From: Octopus vulgaris
Taxonomy: Eukaryota
Assembly: GCA_951406725.2 (NCBI GenBank)
Contig: OX597826.1
Location: 61,380,001-61,444,000 of the forward strand
Direction of reading: 5' to 3'
Length of the DNA: 64,000 bases
Shown: positions 52,062-64,000 of the stretch, in pieces
How positions within the stretch are numbered: the stretch's first letter is position 1
How the letters are laid out: the number at the start of each line of letters is the position of its first letter
Notes under the pieces: generated by a model
Database searches by the model: none
The model's input: only the letters and a program-made list of their open reading frames with translations
Told to the model about the DNA's origin: nothing
Program-made: the position numbers and the translations under genes

Positions 52062-52593
52062 CTAGCAGTATCGCCCGGCGTTGCTCGGGTTTGTAAGGGA
52101 AATAACTATATAAGCATTTTTAGAGAATTATAGCAAAAAAATGCATTAAAAATGGAATAAAAAATGATGATAATTTTTTTTTTAAATCGTTGACTCAGTG
52201 TCTTCAAGCCATGAAGTCGTTGTTCTAAAAGAACGCTGGTCTCCTTGACAACGCATTACGACGTTGATTTCCTTACACTCCCTTCCCCACAGCTTCACGA
52301 GGGAGGGAAGAAGGGGGAGAAGCAAACAGGTGCAGGTGTGACCGTGGACGCCAACTCCGCCGCCATCGACACACGAAAAATTGTGCATTAAAATGGAATA
52401 AAAAATGATGTTAAATTATTTTAAAAATCGTAGACTCATTGTAGACGCGCGCTAATACTCAGACGGGCTCGATATGAATCACGACTATAAGATACTCGAA
52501 TTTGGTTGAACTGCACCGCAAAATGTGGGAGTAGTTAGGAATCTAAATCGAAGGGGACAGACACTCACACAACTACAGTTTTATATATATAGA
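52062..52593 (-). mobile_element. Non-autonomous Helitron (a second Helitron-like element abuts at ~51673-52058)
   Basis: Same CTAG/hairpin terminus as the element at 48448. Confidence 0.8.
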
Positions 52594-52607
52594 TATATAT
52601 ATATATA

Positions 52608-53021
52608 TTTCTTTATTACCCACAAGGGGCTAAACGTAGAGGGGACAAACAAGGACAGACAAAGGTATTAAGTCGATTTCATCGACCCCAGTGCGTAACT
52701 GGTACTTAATTTATCGACCCCGAAAGGATGAAAGGCAAAGTCGACCTCGGCGGAATTTGAACTCAGAACGTAACGGCAGACGAAATACCTATTTCTGTTT
52801 CTTTACTAACCACAAGGGGCTAAACACAGAGGACAAACAAGGACAGACAAACGGATTAAGTCGATTTCATCGACCCCAGTGCGTAACTGGTACTTAATTT
52901 ATCGACCCCGAAAGGATGAAAGGCAAAGTCGACCTCGGCGGAATTTGAAATCAGAACGTAACGGCAGAGGAAATATGGCTACGCATTTCGCCCGGCGTGC
53001 TAACGTTTCTGCCAGCTCGCC
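52608..53021 (-). mobile_element. SINE A with duplicated body (dimer)
   Basis: Internal junction GAAATACCTATTTC at ~52782-52795. Confidence 0.85.
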
Positions 53022-53229
53022 ATATATATATACATCTACATGTATATATACATGCATATATAAATAATTATACGTGAGTACAGGACACCACAATAAGACG
53101 TAGAAACGGGAAAAACAAAAAAAAACAAAAGAAAACGAAAAAAACAGTTACAGGACGTGCTACACAAGGAAAAAACCCCCGTCATCAGCTGTTGCTAGTA
53201 GACTCAAGCATGTTTCGAAGGCAAGACAG

Positions 53230-53318
<89 letters not shown>

Positions 53319-53559
53319 GTAAGTGTGTGTGGTGTATGTGTGTGTGGTGTATGTGTGTGTGGTGTATGTGTGTGTGTGTGTATCGACTATTTCGTAGGTG
53401 TTATGGAATATGTTCTAGTTCAGATTAGGAAGAATCGCTGTTATAATCGCACAGCCAGAGGAAATCTCAGAGTAGATAGTCAACCAGTGAGATAATTAAA
53501 ACGTGGCACTCCGTCTGTTACGACGTCGAGGGTTCCAGTTGATCCGCTCAACAGAACAA

Positions 53560-54360
53560 ACGGTAGTCTGAAGGAGCAAGGTCGGAGAGAATAAGGTGGA
53601 TGAGGAATTTGTTCCTAAGCAAACTCTTCGATCTTCTATGATGTGATCTTTGCAGTGTTGGGTCGCGCAATGTCCTGATGAAACATCACTCCTTTTCGAT
53701 TCACTAAAGCGAGTCTTTTTTGCTTCAAAGCTTGGTTCAAGCGCTCTAATTGCTGACAGTAGACTTGAGCATTGATTGTTGCATTAGGTGGTAACAATTC
53801 AAAGTGAATTACTCCTTTGCAATCCCACCAGATAGAGAGAAGAACCTTTTTCCCATGAAGTTCCCTTCTCGGTTGTGGTTGAGCTTTTTCCCTTTACCAA
53901 GCCACTGTTTACGACGTTTAACATTTCGATTGAAGATCCATTTTTCATCACCAGTCACAAGTCTATCCAAAAAGGATAAAATGAGTTCGCGATACTAGGG
54001 ATTTGCAGTTACTTTCGGACAGTTCATTAGGCATCCATTTTCCAAGTTTAGGAACCTTTCCAAGTTGTTGAAGATGACGTCGAACAGTTGTATGGCTTAA
54101 TTCTTCAACTGATAATGCAGGATTTTCTTCAAGTAATGCCTCAAGGAGCTTATCATCAAACTCAACTGGACGTCCTGTTCGATCTTCATCTTCGAGGCTG
54201 AAATCTCCACTTCTGAATTTTGCAAACCATCTTCTGCAAGTTCTTTCATTCAAGCATTCTTTCCCATAAACTGAGTGTATGTTTCGAATCGCTTCGGCTG
54301 CAGAGTTTCATTTTTTGTACTCATAAAGCATTATGTGCCTCAAATGCTCCTTGGATACTT
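53560..54360 (-). mobile_element. Mariner (DD34D-type) transposase pseudogene
   Basis: TCRRWFAKFRSGDFSLEDEDRTGRP, WMPNELS, LVTGDEKW, WWDCKG, FHQDIARP, HPPYSP. Confidence 0.9.
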
Positions 54361-54597
54361 GGATGTTAGAAAGTGTTTTAATCAAAGAAATTTTATTTCT
54401 ATTATTCTGTAAAATAATATTTAATCAGTTTAAGTGTACACATAAAGCACAGGAGTGGCTGTGTGGTAAGTAGCTTGCTAATCAACCACATGGTTCTGGG
54501 TTCAGTCCCACTGCGTGGCATCTTGGGCAAGTGTCTTCTGCTATAGCCCCGGGCCGACAAATGCCTTGTGAATAGATTTGGTAGACGGAAACCTGTC

Positions 54598-54684
<87 letters not shown>

Positions 54685-55142
54685 TGTGTTTGTCCCCCTA
54701 GCATTGCTTGACAACCGATGCTGGTGTGTTTACGTTTTCGTTTCAGCACACGATCTCAGATCAAATCACTCGCTATGCAAGTACATCTCCGTAATTCAGA
54801 AAGAGAACATTTATGGGGAACTTGCCGCACTTATGCCATAACTCATTTATCATCCTCATTTATCCTTATCAACATTAGGTTATTTACCAACAAATTTGCA
54901 CAAAAATCTAAAAAATACTCGGTTGCACGGAAAAGGAACAAAAGAAACTGACGCAGATTCTCCAAATCTGATCTATTAATGACACAGTGAAGATCTGTAA
55001 GACATTTCAAAAATTTTCTATCTGAGATTCTTAAGTGAATAGATGCAGACTCTTGGGTGTATGCATCGACACTTAAACCGGCACACCAGCTCAACCATAC
55101 ATCTACAAACATCAGGAACTCTTTTAACTCAAAAAGTCATGT

Positions 55143-55235
55143 CACTTTGTTAGCGGCCAGCTTGGATTTAAATTAAACTCTAAGAAAAATAAACATGCAT
55201 ACTTACATACATGCACACACGCATACATACATACA

Positions 55236-55267
<32 letters not shown>

Positions 55268-55289
55268 CATAGACACACACACACATATA

Positions 55290-55325
<36 letters not shown>

Positions 55326-55450
55326 TGTATGTATGTATGTATGTATGTATGTATGTACGTATGTATGTATGTATGTGTGCATGTATGTAGGTATGCATGT
55401 ATATTTTTCTTAGAGTTTAATTTAAGTCCAAGCTGGCCGCTAACAAAGTG
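55143..55450. repeat. Fold-back palindrome (~55-bp unique arms extended by inverted CATA/TATG microsatellite)
   Basis: CACTTTGTTAGCGGCCAGCTTGGA... and ...TCCAAGCTGGCCGCTAACAAAGTG. Confidence 0.9.
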
Positions 55451-55775
55451 GTACACACACACATATATATGTATGCATGTATGTATGTATATATGTATGT
55501 GGGTGTGTATGTGTGTATAAAAGTAAACATAATGTGTTTTGTATGTAATATTAGCTGTTTAAAAATCCTTCGGTTAACATGGAGTTTTTAATTATATTTT
55601 TAATTAAAAGAGAAAATCCCCCTCGTAATTGTGTTAGATGAAGAAAATGACAATCAAAACAATCAGTAACTTATATATATCTTGACGGTCAAGCTTTGAA
55701 CGAGAGCTGTGAGACTGGAAAGCTGCAAGTTTATATTATTTCACCAAAAATGACCAGAAGAAAACTAAATCTTAC

Positions 55776-55924
55776 CGTCTTCGTATTGACACAGCCTCTC
55801 GAAGCCCTCCATCCAACGTGAGATTTCAAATCCAAGAATACCCATGGTCGTGCTAAATTGTTCACAGTTTTTAAAATGGTGAAAGCAAGAAGTGAGTAAC
55901 TCTTTGTGTTTTGATTTTCCGATC
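55776..55924 (-). CDS. Gene B internal exon (IGKSKHKELLTSCFHHFKNC...ERLCQYED), 149 nt, phase 2/1
   Basis: Acceptor TTTCTTTTTCTAG, donor CG|GTAAGA; upstream exons not found in the window. Confidence 0.85.
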
Positions 55925-56237
55925 CTAGAAAAAGAAATAAATGTAGAAGAAAAATGTATACACTCATATACATATACACGCATGCATGAATACATTCATA
56001 CTGCCATACGTATAACGTGTATATATATATATATATAATAAATGGATGAGTGAATTATCCTTTGTTTACAGTTAACACGGAAAATTCAATAAATAGTTAC
56101 CAGGGTAGCAAAATTCACGCAAGTAACAAGGATGTAGCGACCTATTCAAAGGTAGAAACTCCGGGTTAATGTGCAGGAATTTGTATAGTATAAGTAAATA
56201 AATGGAGTTGAACGCAGATATTATTCAAATTCTTTTA

Positions 56238-56323
56238 CTTTCGACATATGTTTCGAAGACAACATTGGTTTTATTTCAAAGGAATAAACGGTGTAAAATA
56301 ATGTAATCTTCTCACCAGGAAAG
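56238..56323 (-). ncRNA. Penelope-type minimal type I hammerhead ribozyme (one core substitution)
   Basis: CTTTC-CTGGTGA-GAAGA...TCTTC-GAAA-CATATG-TC-GAAAG: stems I and II pair, palindromic stem III, GUC site; lies in a ~130-bp inverted repeat within (TA)n. Confidence 0.75.
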
Positions 56324-57210
56324 AAAGAGCAACCGTCTCAGCAACAAGACATTATAACAATTTTGCTGACTGTATAAATGATAAACAGAACGCTATTAAG
56401 TATTTTAAAAAGTAACCGTTACTAGGTCTGACGTCAAAGGTAGACCATAGAAAGAGATGAGAAGATTACATTATTTTACACCGTTTATTCCTTTGGAATA
56501 AAACCTATGTTGTCTTCGAAACATATGTCGAAAGTAAAAGAATTTGAATAACATCTGCGTTCAACTCCATTTATTTACTTATATATATATATATATATAT
56601 ATATTCATGTAAATACCATGTTCTTAACTATGCCCAAATTATGAGAACAAACAGTTTTAAATTTCCTATTTCTTTTATTCCATATTTTTTTACTTTCAAA
56701 ATTTAATATTTGATAAGATGAACATACACATAAATGTCAGTTAATGTAGCAAATATAAAAAAAAATTTAAAAAACACAACACTTTCGTGCTGTTTTCACT
56801 TTTTCTATTTAACAAATAACCTTTAGTTTGTATGGATTCTAATATATCTAAATGAAAAAAAACAACAAAACAACGAAGTGAGTGCGTGTACAACCAATAT
56901 ATCAATTTGACACTCAGTGAAAGAAGAGTGTTGTTATCGTTTCGAGCACAGCTCTTCGTCGGAAATATGTGTATGTGTATTCCATAAAATTAAGGATAAA
57001 ATCACTTTGATGAATTTATCAAGTGGCTAGCGTGAAATAAATACATTGTAGGTATCATTTTATACTAATTAATAATTATATAAAATAATTATATTAATGG
57101 GTGCGGATAATCCCAACCAACACGCTAGAAATAGATGCCAAATGGCGCTAAAAGCCACTTCTATACTCCATAAGCGGGAAGATGAAAAAATATATAAGAT
57201 CTTTTGTTTA

Positions 57211-57267
57211 ATTGTAAATCGATTTCTAGCTTAGCGCTGTAAAACACCTTGCTGTCATCAGTACAAT
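57211..57267 (-). ncRNA. Penelope-type minimal type I hammerhead ribozyme
   Basis: ATTGTA-CTGATGA-CAGC...GCTA-GAAA-TCGA-TT-TACAAT: intact core, 6-bp stem I, palindromic stem III. Confidence 0.7.
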
Positions 57268-57625
57268 ATGTCGACGTACACAGATACAAATATCCATACG
57301 AACAATATATACGCACTACTAACGACTATATACATACATTTACATTTTTCTTCTCATCTCAACCACGTGCATTTATTGTTAAAATAATTTCCCACTGAAT
57401 GCAATTTTAATCGGGAGCAAAAATATATATTTTATAAAATTAAGGATTAAATCAATTATAATAGACGTAGGAGTGGCTGTGTGCTAAGTAGCTTGCTTAC
57501 GAACCACATGGTTCCGGGTTCAGTCCTACTGCGTGGCACCTTGGGCAAGTGTCTTCTACTATAGCCTCGGGCCGACCAAAGCCTTGTGAGTGGATTTGGT
57601 TGACGGAAACGGAAAGAAGCACGTC

Positions 57626-57680
<55 letters not shown>

Positions 57681-57852
57681 TGTGTGTGTGTTTGTGTGTG
57701 TGTGTATGTGTATACGTTTGTGTGCTTGTGTTTGTCCCCCAACATCGCTTGACAACTGATGCTGGTGTGCTTACGTCCCCGTAACTTAGCGGTTCGGTAA
57801 AAGAGACCTATAGAATAAGTACTAGGCTTAGAAAGAAAAAGTCCTGGGGTCG

Positions 57853-57899
<47 letters not shown>

Positions 57900-58644
57900 A
57901 GTATATATGTATATATATATATATCTATATAAAACTGAAATGCGTTTTTACCGCTTGGATCGCTTTCAATGCCACTACATCTCGTCTGATTCACTCCAAA
58001 ATTTACAGGGACATGTAAAATGAGGTGACGATGCCCGTGGGCTACAATAGAAATCCGTATCTTAAAAGGTGTCGTTGCTAGGGGCCAAAAACCCACTTTG
58101 ACAAGTCCACTCCCGTTCTTTTACGTATATGTCTTCCTCACTCACTCACACTATTTCCTCCATTTCCCTCTAACTCCCTTTCACTATCCCTTTATAAGTT
58201 CGTCAGACGGCGTTCTTTTATGTATCTGTCTGCATCCGTAGAGAGAATTATCATCGCCACCACCAACACACGAGCATGAGAACAAATATTATGAATCAGA
58301 TATTTCTTGCGTTCATTTATATATGTGTGTGTGTTCTATATATAAATATGTATATATAATGTATATATACAAAGTGTATATATCTGTATTTATGTATATT
58401 AAACTTTTTAATACTTTTTGATAGTTATATATATTTTTAAACAAATTATAAATATAATTTAATAATTTTTATTTTAAATTTAAATAATTTAAATTTTTCA
58501 ATTTTATATTTTATATATTTTCTATATTATATTTTTATTTTTATGTTTTTGTTTTTGGCTTTTTACTGTTTCATTTGCCTATTAGTGGTTTTATCTCTAA
58601 TTTAATTTATACATATATATATATAATTTGTATATATAATGCGT

Positions 58645-58685
<41 letters not shown>

Positions 58686-60078
58686 ATGTGTGCATTATGT
58701 GGTCGGTCGGTTCAGCTGAAAATATGCACACCTATGTTAAAAGTGCTGGCAAGTTTGCATGACAACTATTTTTTCCTCAAATGAAAGGCGTGACCTCTAG
58801 GACAAAATTGCTCATCTTATAAAATGTGGCCCCAGTACACCCGAATGAAATCGGATTATATTAACCAAAATGTGAAAAGGGGTCTAAATGGGGCTGGAAG
58901 GGGATTAAAATTTAAAGGAGCGGGTGTTTAGGAATTCTCTGTTACATCAAGCTAAAAAATTTGCGCCAGCCTTTCAATCGTCAATGTATTGCCGTCCATG
59001 ATGAAGAAGTTTTGAATGCTTGCCATGGTGAGTCTACTGTCGTGAGAAAGAATCAATTCAAAACTTGGTGTTTAGGGATTTTCTTTTACATCAAGTTCAA
59101 AATTTTACGCCAGCCGTTAAACTGTCAAAACGATGCTGTCCGTCGTTAACAAATGCCAGCCATGGTGACTCTACAATCCTCACATTCTATCCCTTCAAAC
59201 TTTGGTTTCCAATATTTTATTATTTTTATTCAGCTCGCAAGTTCGTCTGTCCCTTTTAAATGTTAGTGTTTTGGTGTTTGCCTTGAAGCAGACCTTTCCG
59301 TTGTTGCTGCCTGATATTTATGATTGATCTTTCTAAATATTTTATTTCTCAACTTATTCAAGATCTTTTGTTGTTTATAAATGGGAGAGAGATAGATAAA
59401 GATAGAGAGTAAGAGTAAGCGAGGGAGAGTCCGAGAGAAAGGAAGAGTAAGAGAGTGGGGAAAGCGAGAGAGAAAGGAGAGAGAAACAAAGAGGGAGAAT
59501 CATCATCATCATCGTTTAACGTCCGTTTTCCGTGCTAGCACGGGTTGGACAGTTTGACCGGGGTCTGGGAAGCCAGGAGGCTGCACCAGGCTCCAGTCTG
59601 ATCTGGCAGTGTTTCTACAGGTGGATGACCTTCCTAACGCCAACCACTCTGTGAGCGTAGCGGGTGCTTTTTTCGTGCCACCGGCACAGGTGCCAGGGGG
59701 GCTGGCAGCGGCCATGATCGGTTGGTACTCTTTACGTCTGTGTGTGTGTGTATATATATACATGTGCTTGTGTTTTATATTTGGTAGGATGGTGTGAGCT
59801 TATGCGTGCACGTTTGTGTGTGTGTGTGTATGTCTGCGGTTAGTATTTGTCAGGGTGTTGTGTGTGTGCATGTGTGGGGATGTATTTGCTTGCATTGTAT
59901 GTAAATTGATATAACGCATGCATTGTTCAATTAAATGGAGCCACTTGAAACGGTCGCATTGCATTAATACTTGACATCCTGTTATTTATTTGATTTTATT
60001 CAACTTCGAGCTGTGCAGATAATACTAGACTGACTTGGTGCCTCACTTAAGTACCTAATTCAACTGAATCTTAATTAT

Positions 60079-60125
<47 letters not shown>

Positions 60126-60691
60126 GTTTATTGCGTGTTACTCAAGGATCCGGTGCATAATATCAGTTAAAGCATTTCAAAACTTTTGAAATATTTTAAC
60201 TGTGGAAGGTTTACGTAATGGATGCATTTCCTATTAGATATTATACAAACCTGAAACGCGCATATTAAATTATTTCCAAATGTTATTTTTTAGTTTAACT
60301 TCATTACACACAAACAGACACACATGTATATATACACATACATATATAACATATATGAGCAATTTACTCATTTTTAAATACATAGGTATGTATGTAAAAG
60401 TGAGTAAGTTGCTCATATATATATATAAATTAGGATATTTAAATATCGATCTTATCAAGTTGCCAGCATGGGAATAAAAACCTTCAAAGTTAATAATTAT
60501 TATTAAGATTATAATTTAGGGTGTCTAAGAGATACCGCCACGCTGGAAATAACAGCAAAAATCTGACTCTAAAGCCACATTAAGTGATCATATAACACCA
60601 GGAGAGAAGACAAAAAAACCAAATATGCTAGCAAAAAATTACTGGATTTGGCTGCTATTTCCAGCGTGGCGGTATCTATCAGATACCCTAA

Positions 60692-60763
<72 letters not shown>

Positions 60764-60768
<5 letters not shown>

Positions 60769-61093
60769 TATGTCCCTAAATTTCTGACCATGCGAAGGGT
60801 TCTTTAGCCTCCAAATCCTTCTTTTCTGGATTGGTTTGTTTCTTGGAGTCCTTCTGGCCTCAAGCTTAAAGTCACTGATGATTAGTCTATGCTGAGGGAT
60901 ACATTCTTCACTCGGGAGGGTCTTTGTATTCAAGAGCAACCCTGCATCCCGTTGTCTGGTGAGGATGAAGTCTATTTGGCTAGCGGAGTCTCCTGACTGA
61001 TAAGTTATAAGGTGGCAGACTGGCTTCTTGAAGTTAGTGTTGCAGATTGAAAGGTTACATGCATCACAGAATTCCAGTAGTCTAGTTCCCTCA
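60764..61093 (-). repeat. Inverted 330-bp copy of RTE positions 61701-62030
   Basis: Reverse complement, with one difference noticed (PSEE vs PGEE). Confidence 0.95.
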
Positions 61094-64000
61094 AGAGAGA
61101 TCAAAAGAAAAATACCACGAAAACTATCACCACCACTACAACCCTCCTCTTCTCAGGCGCCGAATCCCCCTGTCCCCCCCACATCTCCTTCCCAGTTTTC
61201 AGAGTTGGCACTATCAATGTTGGTACATTGACAGGCAAGTCTAGTGAGATTGTAGAGATGCTAGAGAGAAGACAGGTTGATGTATGCTGCATACAAGAGG
61301 TAAGATGGAGAGATGCTTCGGCTAGGGTCCTCACGGGCAAGGCACTTAGATACAAACTCTACTGGCAAGGTAACGCGGAAGGTGTAGGGGGTGTAGGCAT
61401 TCTCCTTGCGGAGGAATGGGTGGATAAGGTCATAGAGGTTGTCAGGGTTTGTGATAGAGTGCTTAAGCTCAGGTTGGTCCTACAGAGTGGCACAGCTATG
61501 ATTATCTCAGCCTATGCCCCACAAGCGGGACTACCAAATGATCAGAAGGACAACTTTTATGATACCCTTCTGCAGGCTACTTCAAAGACTAGTAACAAGG
61601 ACCTCATCTTTGTAGGTGGAGATTTTAACGGGCATGTTGGGCGGGAATCGGGTATCTTCACTGGGATACATGGTGGCTATGGTATTGGCACCAGAAATGA
61701 TGAGGGAACTAGACTACTGGAATTCTGTGATGCATGTAACCTTTCAATCTGCAACACTAACTTCAAGAAGCCAGTCTGCCACCTTATAACTTATCAGTCA
61801 GGAGACTCCGCTAGCCAAATAGACTTCATCCTCACCAGACAACGGGATGCAGGGTTGCTCTTGAATACAAAGACCCTCCCGGGTGAAGAATGTATCCCTC
61901 AGCATAGACTAATCATCAGTGACTTTAAGCTTGAGGCCAGAAGGACTCCAAGAAACAAACCAATCCAGAAAAGAAGGATTTGGAGGCTAAAGAACCCTTC
62001 GCATGGTCAGAAATTTAGGGACATACTCATCAAGAAATTTGATGAGAGGGAAGAGGAGCTTCAGACGTCAGACATAGAAGGTAGCTGGGAATTCCTACGG
62101 GACAGCTTGTTGAGTGTCACAGACCAAGTTTGTGGATGGTGCAAAGTCCCTTCCAGACCTAGAATTACGTGGTGGTGGAATAGTGCAGTAGATAAAGCCA
62201 TCTGTGAAAAGAGACGGGCCTGGAAAGCCTGGAAGGATGGGGGCAGCAGGGAACTGTACCAGATAGCCAAAAGGGAGGCTGGGCGGCAGGTATACATTGC
62301 CAAAGATGTAGCAGAAAAGAAGAAGTTTGCCAATGTCCAGCGTCGCGAGGATCAAAGAGCTGAAGTATTTCGGATTGCCAGACAGTGTGTCAGAGAAAAT
62401 AGCGATGTTATAGGAGAGAAATGTGTCCGCATGGATGATGGGGCACTTGCTTTTACTACTAGTGAAAAGAAAGAGGCTTGGAGAAGCCATTATGAAAGAC
62501 TGCTAAATGAGGAGAATGAATGGGAGGAGGAGGAGAGCCTGCCAAATGTTGACCCAGTAGAGGGACCAGCTACCCGAATAGACAGCTCCCTTGTAGATAA
62601 GGCAATTAAGGATATGAAACCAGGCAAAGCCCCTGGCCTATCAGGAATCACTGCTGAGATGCTTAAAACAGCTGGCTATGTGGGCCATGCCATAGTCACC
62701 CGCATTGTAAACCAGGTAGTTCACAATGGAGCCATACCCAATGACTGGTGCAGCAGTACCATAGTCAACTGCTACAAGGGTAAGGGTGATGCTCTAGATA
62801 GAAATAACTACAGAGGTATCAAACTGTTGGACCAGGTGATGAAGGTCTCAGAGAAGGTCATAACCAATCTCATTAGGGAGAGAATTTGTTTAGATGAAAT
62901 GCAGTTCGGTTTTGTACCAGGTAGAAGCACCACTGATGCTATATTCCTGGTCCGACAACTGCAGGAGAAGTACCTAGCTAAAGATAAACCCCTCTACATA
63001 GCTTTTGTAGACTTGGAGAAAGCCTTTGACAGGGTTCCCCGTTCCCTTATCTGGTGGTCGATGCGGAAACTGGAGATTGAAGAATGGCTAATAAGGGCTG
63101 TACAGGCTCTATACAGAGAGGCTGTTAGCAAGGTTAGGATTGGCAACGAATATAGTGAAGAATTCCGAGTAGAAGTAGGTGTGCACCAGGGCTCAGCCCT
63201 CAGTCCCCTTTTGTTCATCATAGTCCTTCAGGCAATAACAGAGGAATTCAAAACGGGATGCCCCTGGGAGCTCCTCTATGCCGATGACCTAGCTCTCATA
63301 GCAGAATCACTACCGGAACTAGAAGAGAAATTTCGGGTATGGAAGCAAGGGTTGGAATCAAAGGGCCTTAGAATAAATGTAGCAAAGACCAAAGTATTAG
63401 TAAGCAGCAAGAGGTACTCAACACACATCCCCTCGGGTAGGTGGCCCTGCTCAACCTGTAAGAAAGGTACAGGTAGAAACTCCATAAGATGCACCCAATG
63501 TAAGTTATGGACACATAAGAGGTGCAGCAACATTAAAGGGAAATTAACAGATAAGATAGCTTTCATGTGCGGCAGATGCACAGGGACAATAGACACAACA
63601 GACACTCAGAAAACAGATTCCATCACACTCCAGGGAGAGAAACTAGAAGTAGTTGATAGTTTCCGCTACCTGGGAGACCAAGTTAGTAGCGGAGGTGGAT
63701 GCACAGAGAGTATCACCACTAGAATACGAATAGCCTGGGCAAAGTTCAGAAAGCTCCTACCCCTACTGGCAACAAAAGGCCTCTCCCTCAGAGCAAAAGG
63801 TAGATTGTATGATGCATGTGTGCGAACTGCCATGCTTCACGGTAATGAAACATGGGCTGTGACTGCAGAAGACATGCGTAGACTTGAAAGAAATGAAGCT
63901 AGCATGATCCGCTGGATGTGTAGTGTCAGTGTGCACGCAAAACAGAGTGTAAGTATCCTGAGAGAAATGCTGGATATAAGAAGCATCAGATGTGGTGTGC
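61094..64000 (+). mobile_element. Young RTE-clade LINE with an uninterrupted APE-RT ORF (frame of 61201) running off the window; PHD finger inserted in the RT
   Basis: Manual translation shows no stop: VGTINVGTL, CIQEVRW, SAYAPQ, GDFNGHVG, IDFIL, QHRL, NYRGIKL, QFGF, FVDLEKAFD, GVHQGSALSP, YADD, CxxC..CxxC..HxxC..CxxC, YLG. Absent from the ORF track because it has no stop in the window. Confidence 0.95.

Noticed and set aside
54843-55112. 89-aa minus-strand ORF as an extra gene B exon
   Set aside because: No counterpart in gene A, no good donor, and the flanking exons already join in phase

Overview
Eukaryotic, AT- and microsatellite-rich genomic DNA. The SINE families, Penelope/Dong/RTE content and TTAGGG repeats suggest a coleoid cephalopod (Octopus-like); this is an inference from recognition, not a search. 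Almost all ORFs in the supplied track are microsatellite or antisense artefacts. Reading splice sites directly reveals two tandem paralogous minus-strand genes (A: exons 46208-46067, 40190-40045, 37496-37325, 35612-35411; B: 55924-55776, 51144-50973, 48271-48079). Their introns are phase-compatible GT-AG, and they encode Cys-patterned, probably secreted/GPI-anchored proteins whose exons diverge in places faster than the adjacent introns. A probable first coding exon of a third gene lies at 1001-877. The rest is nested mobile DNA: a complete but degenerate 4.1-kb Gypsy element (29819-33943, TSD GTAGC); an uninterrupted RTE ORF with a PHD finger inside the RT and a 330-bp inverted 5' duplication (60764-64000); CR1/L2-, Dong/R4-, Tx1- and Penelope-like fragments; several Penelope-type minimal hammerhead ribozymes; Merlin-like MITEs carrying telomeric repeats; Helitrons; Tc1/mariner relics; and several tRNA-derived SINE families, including visible SINE-LINE tail partnerships and microsatellite-embedded elements.
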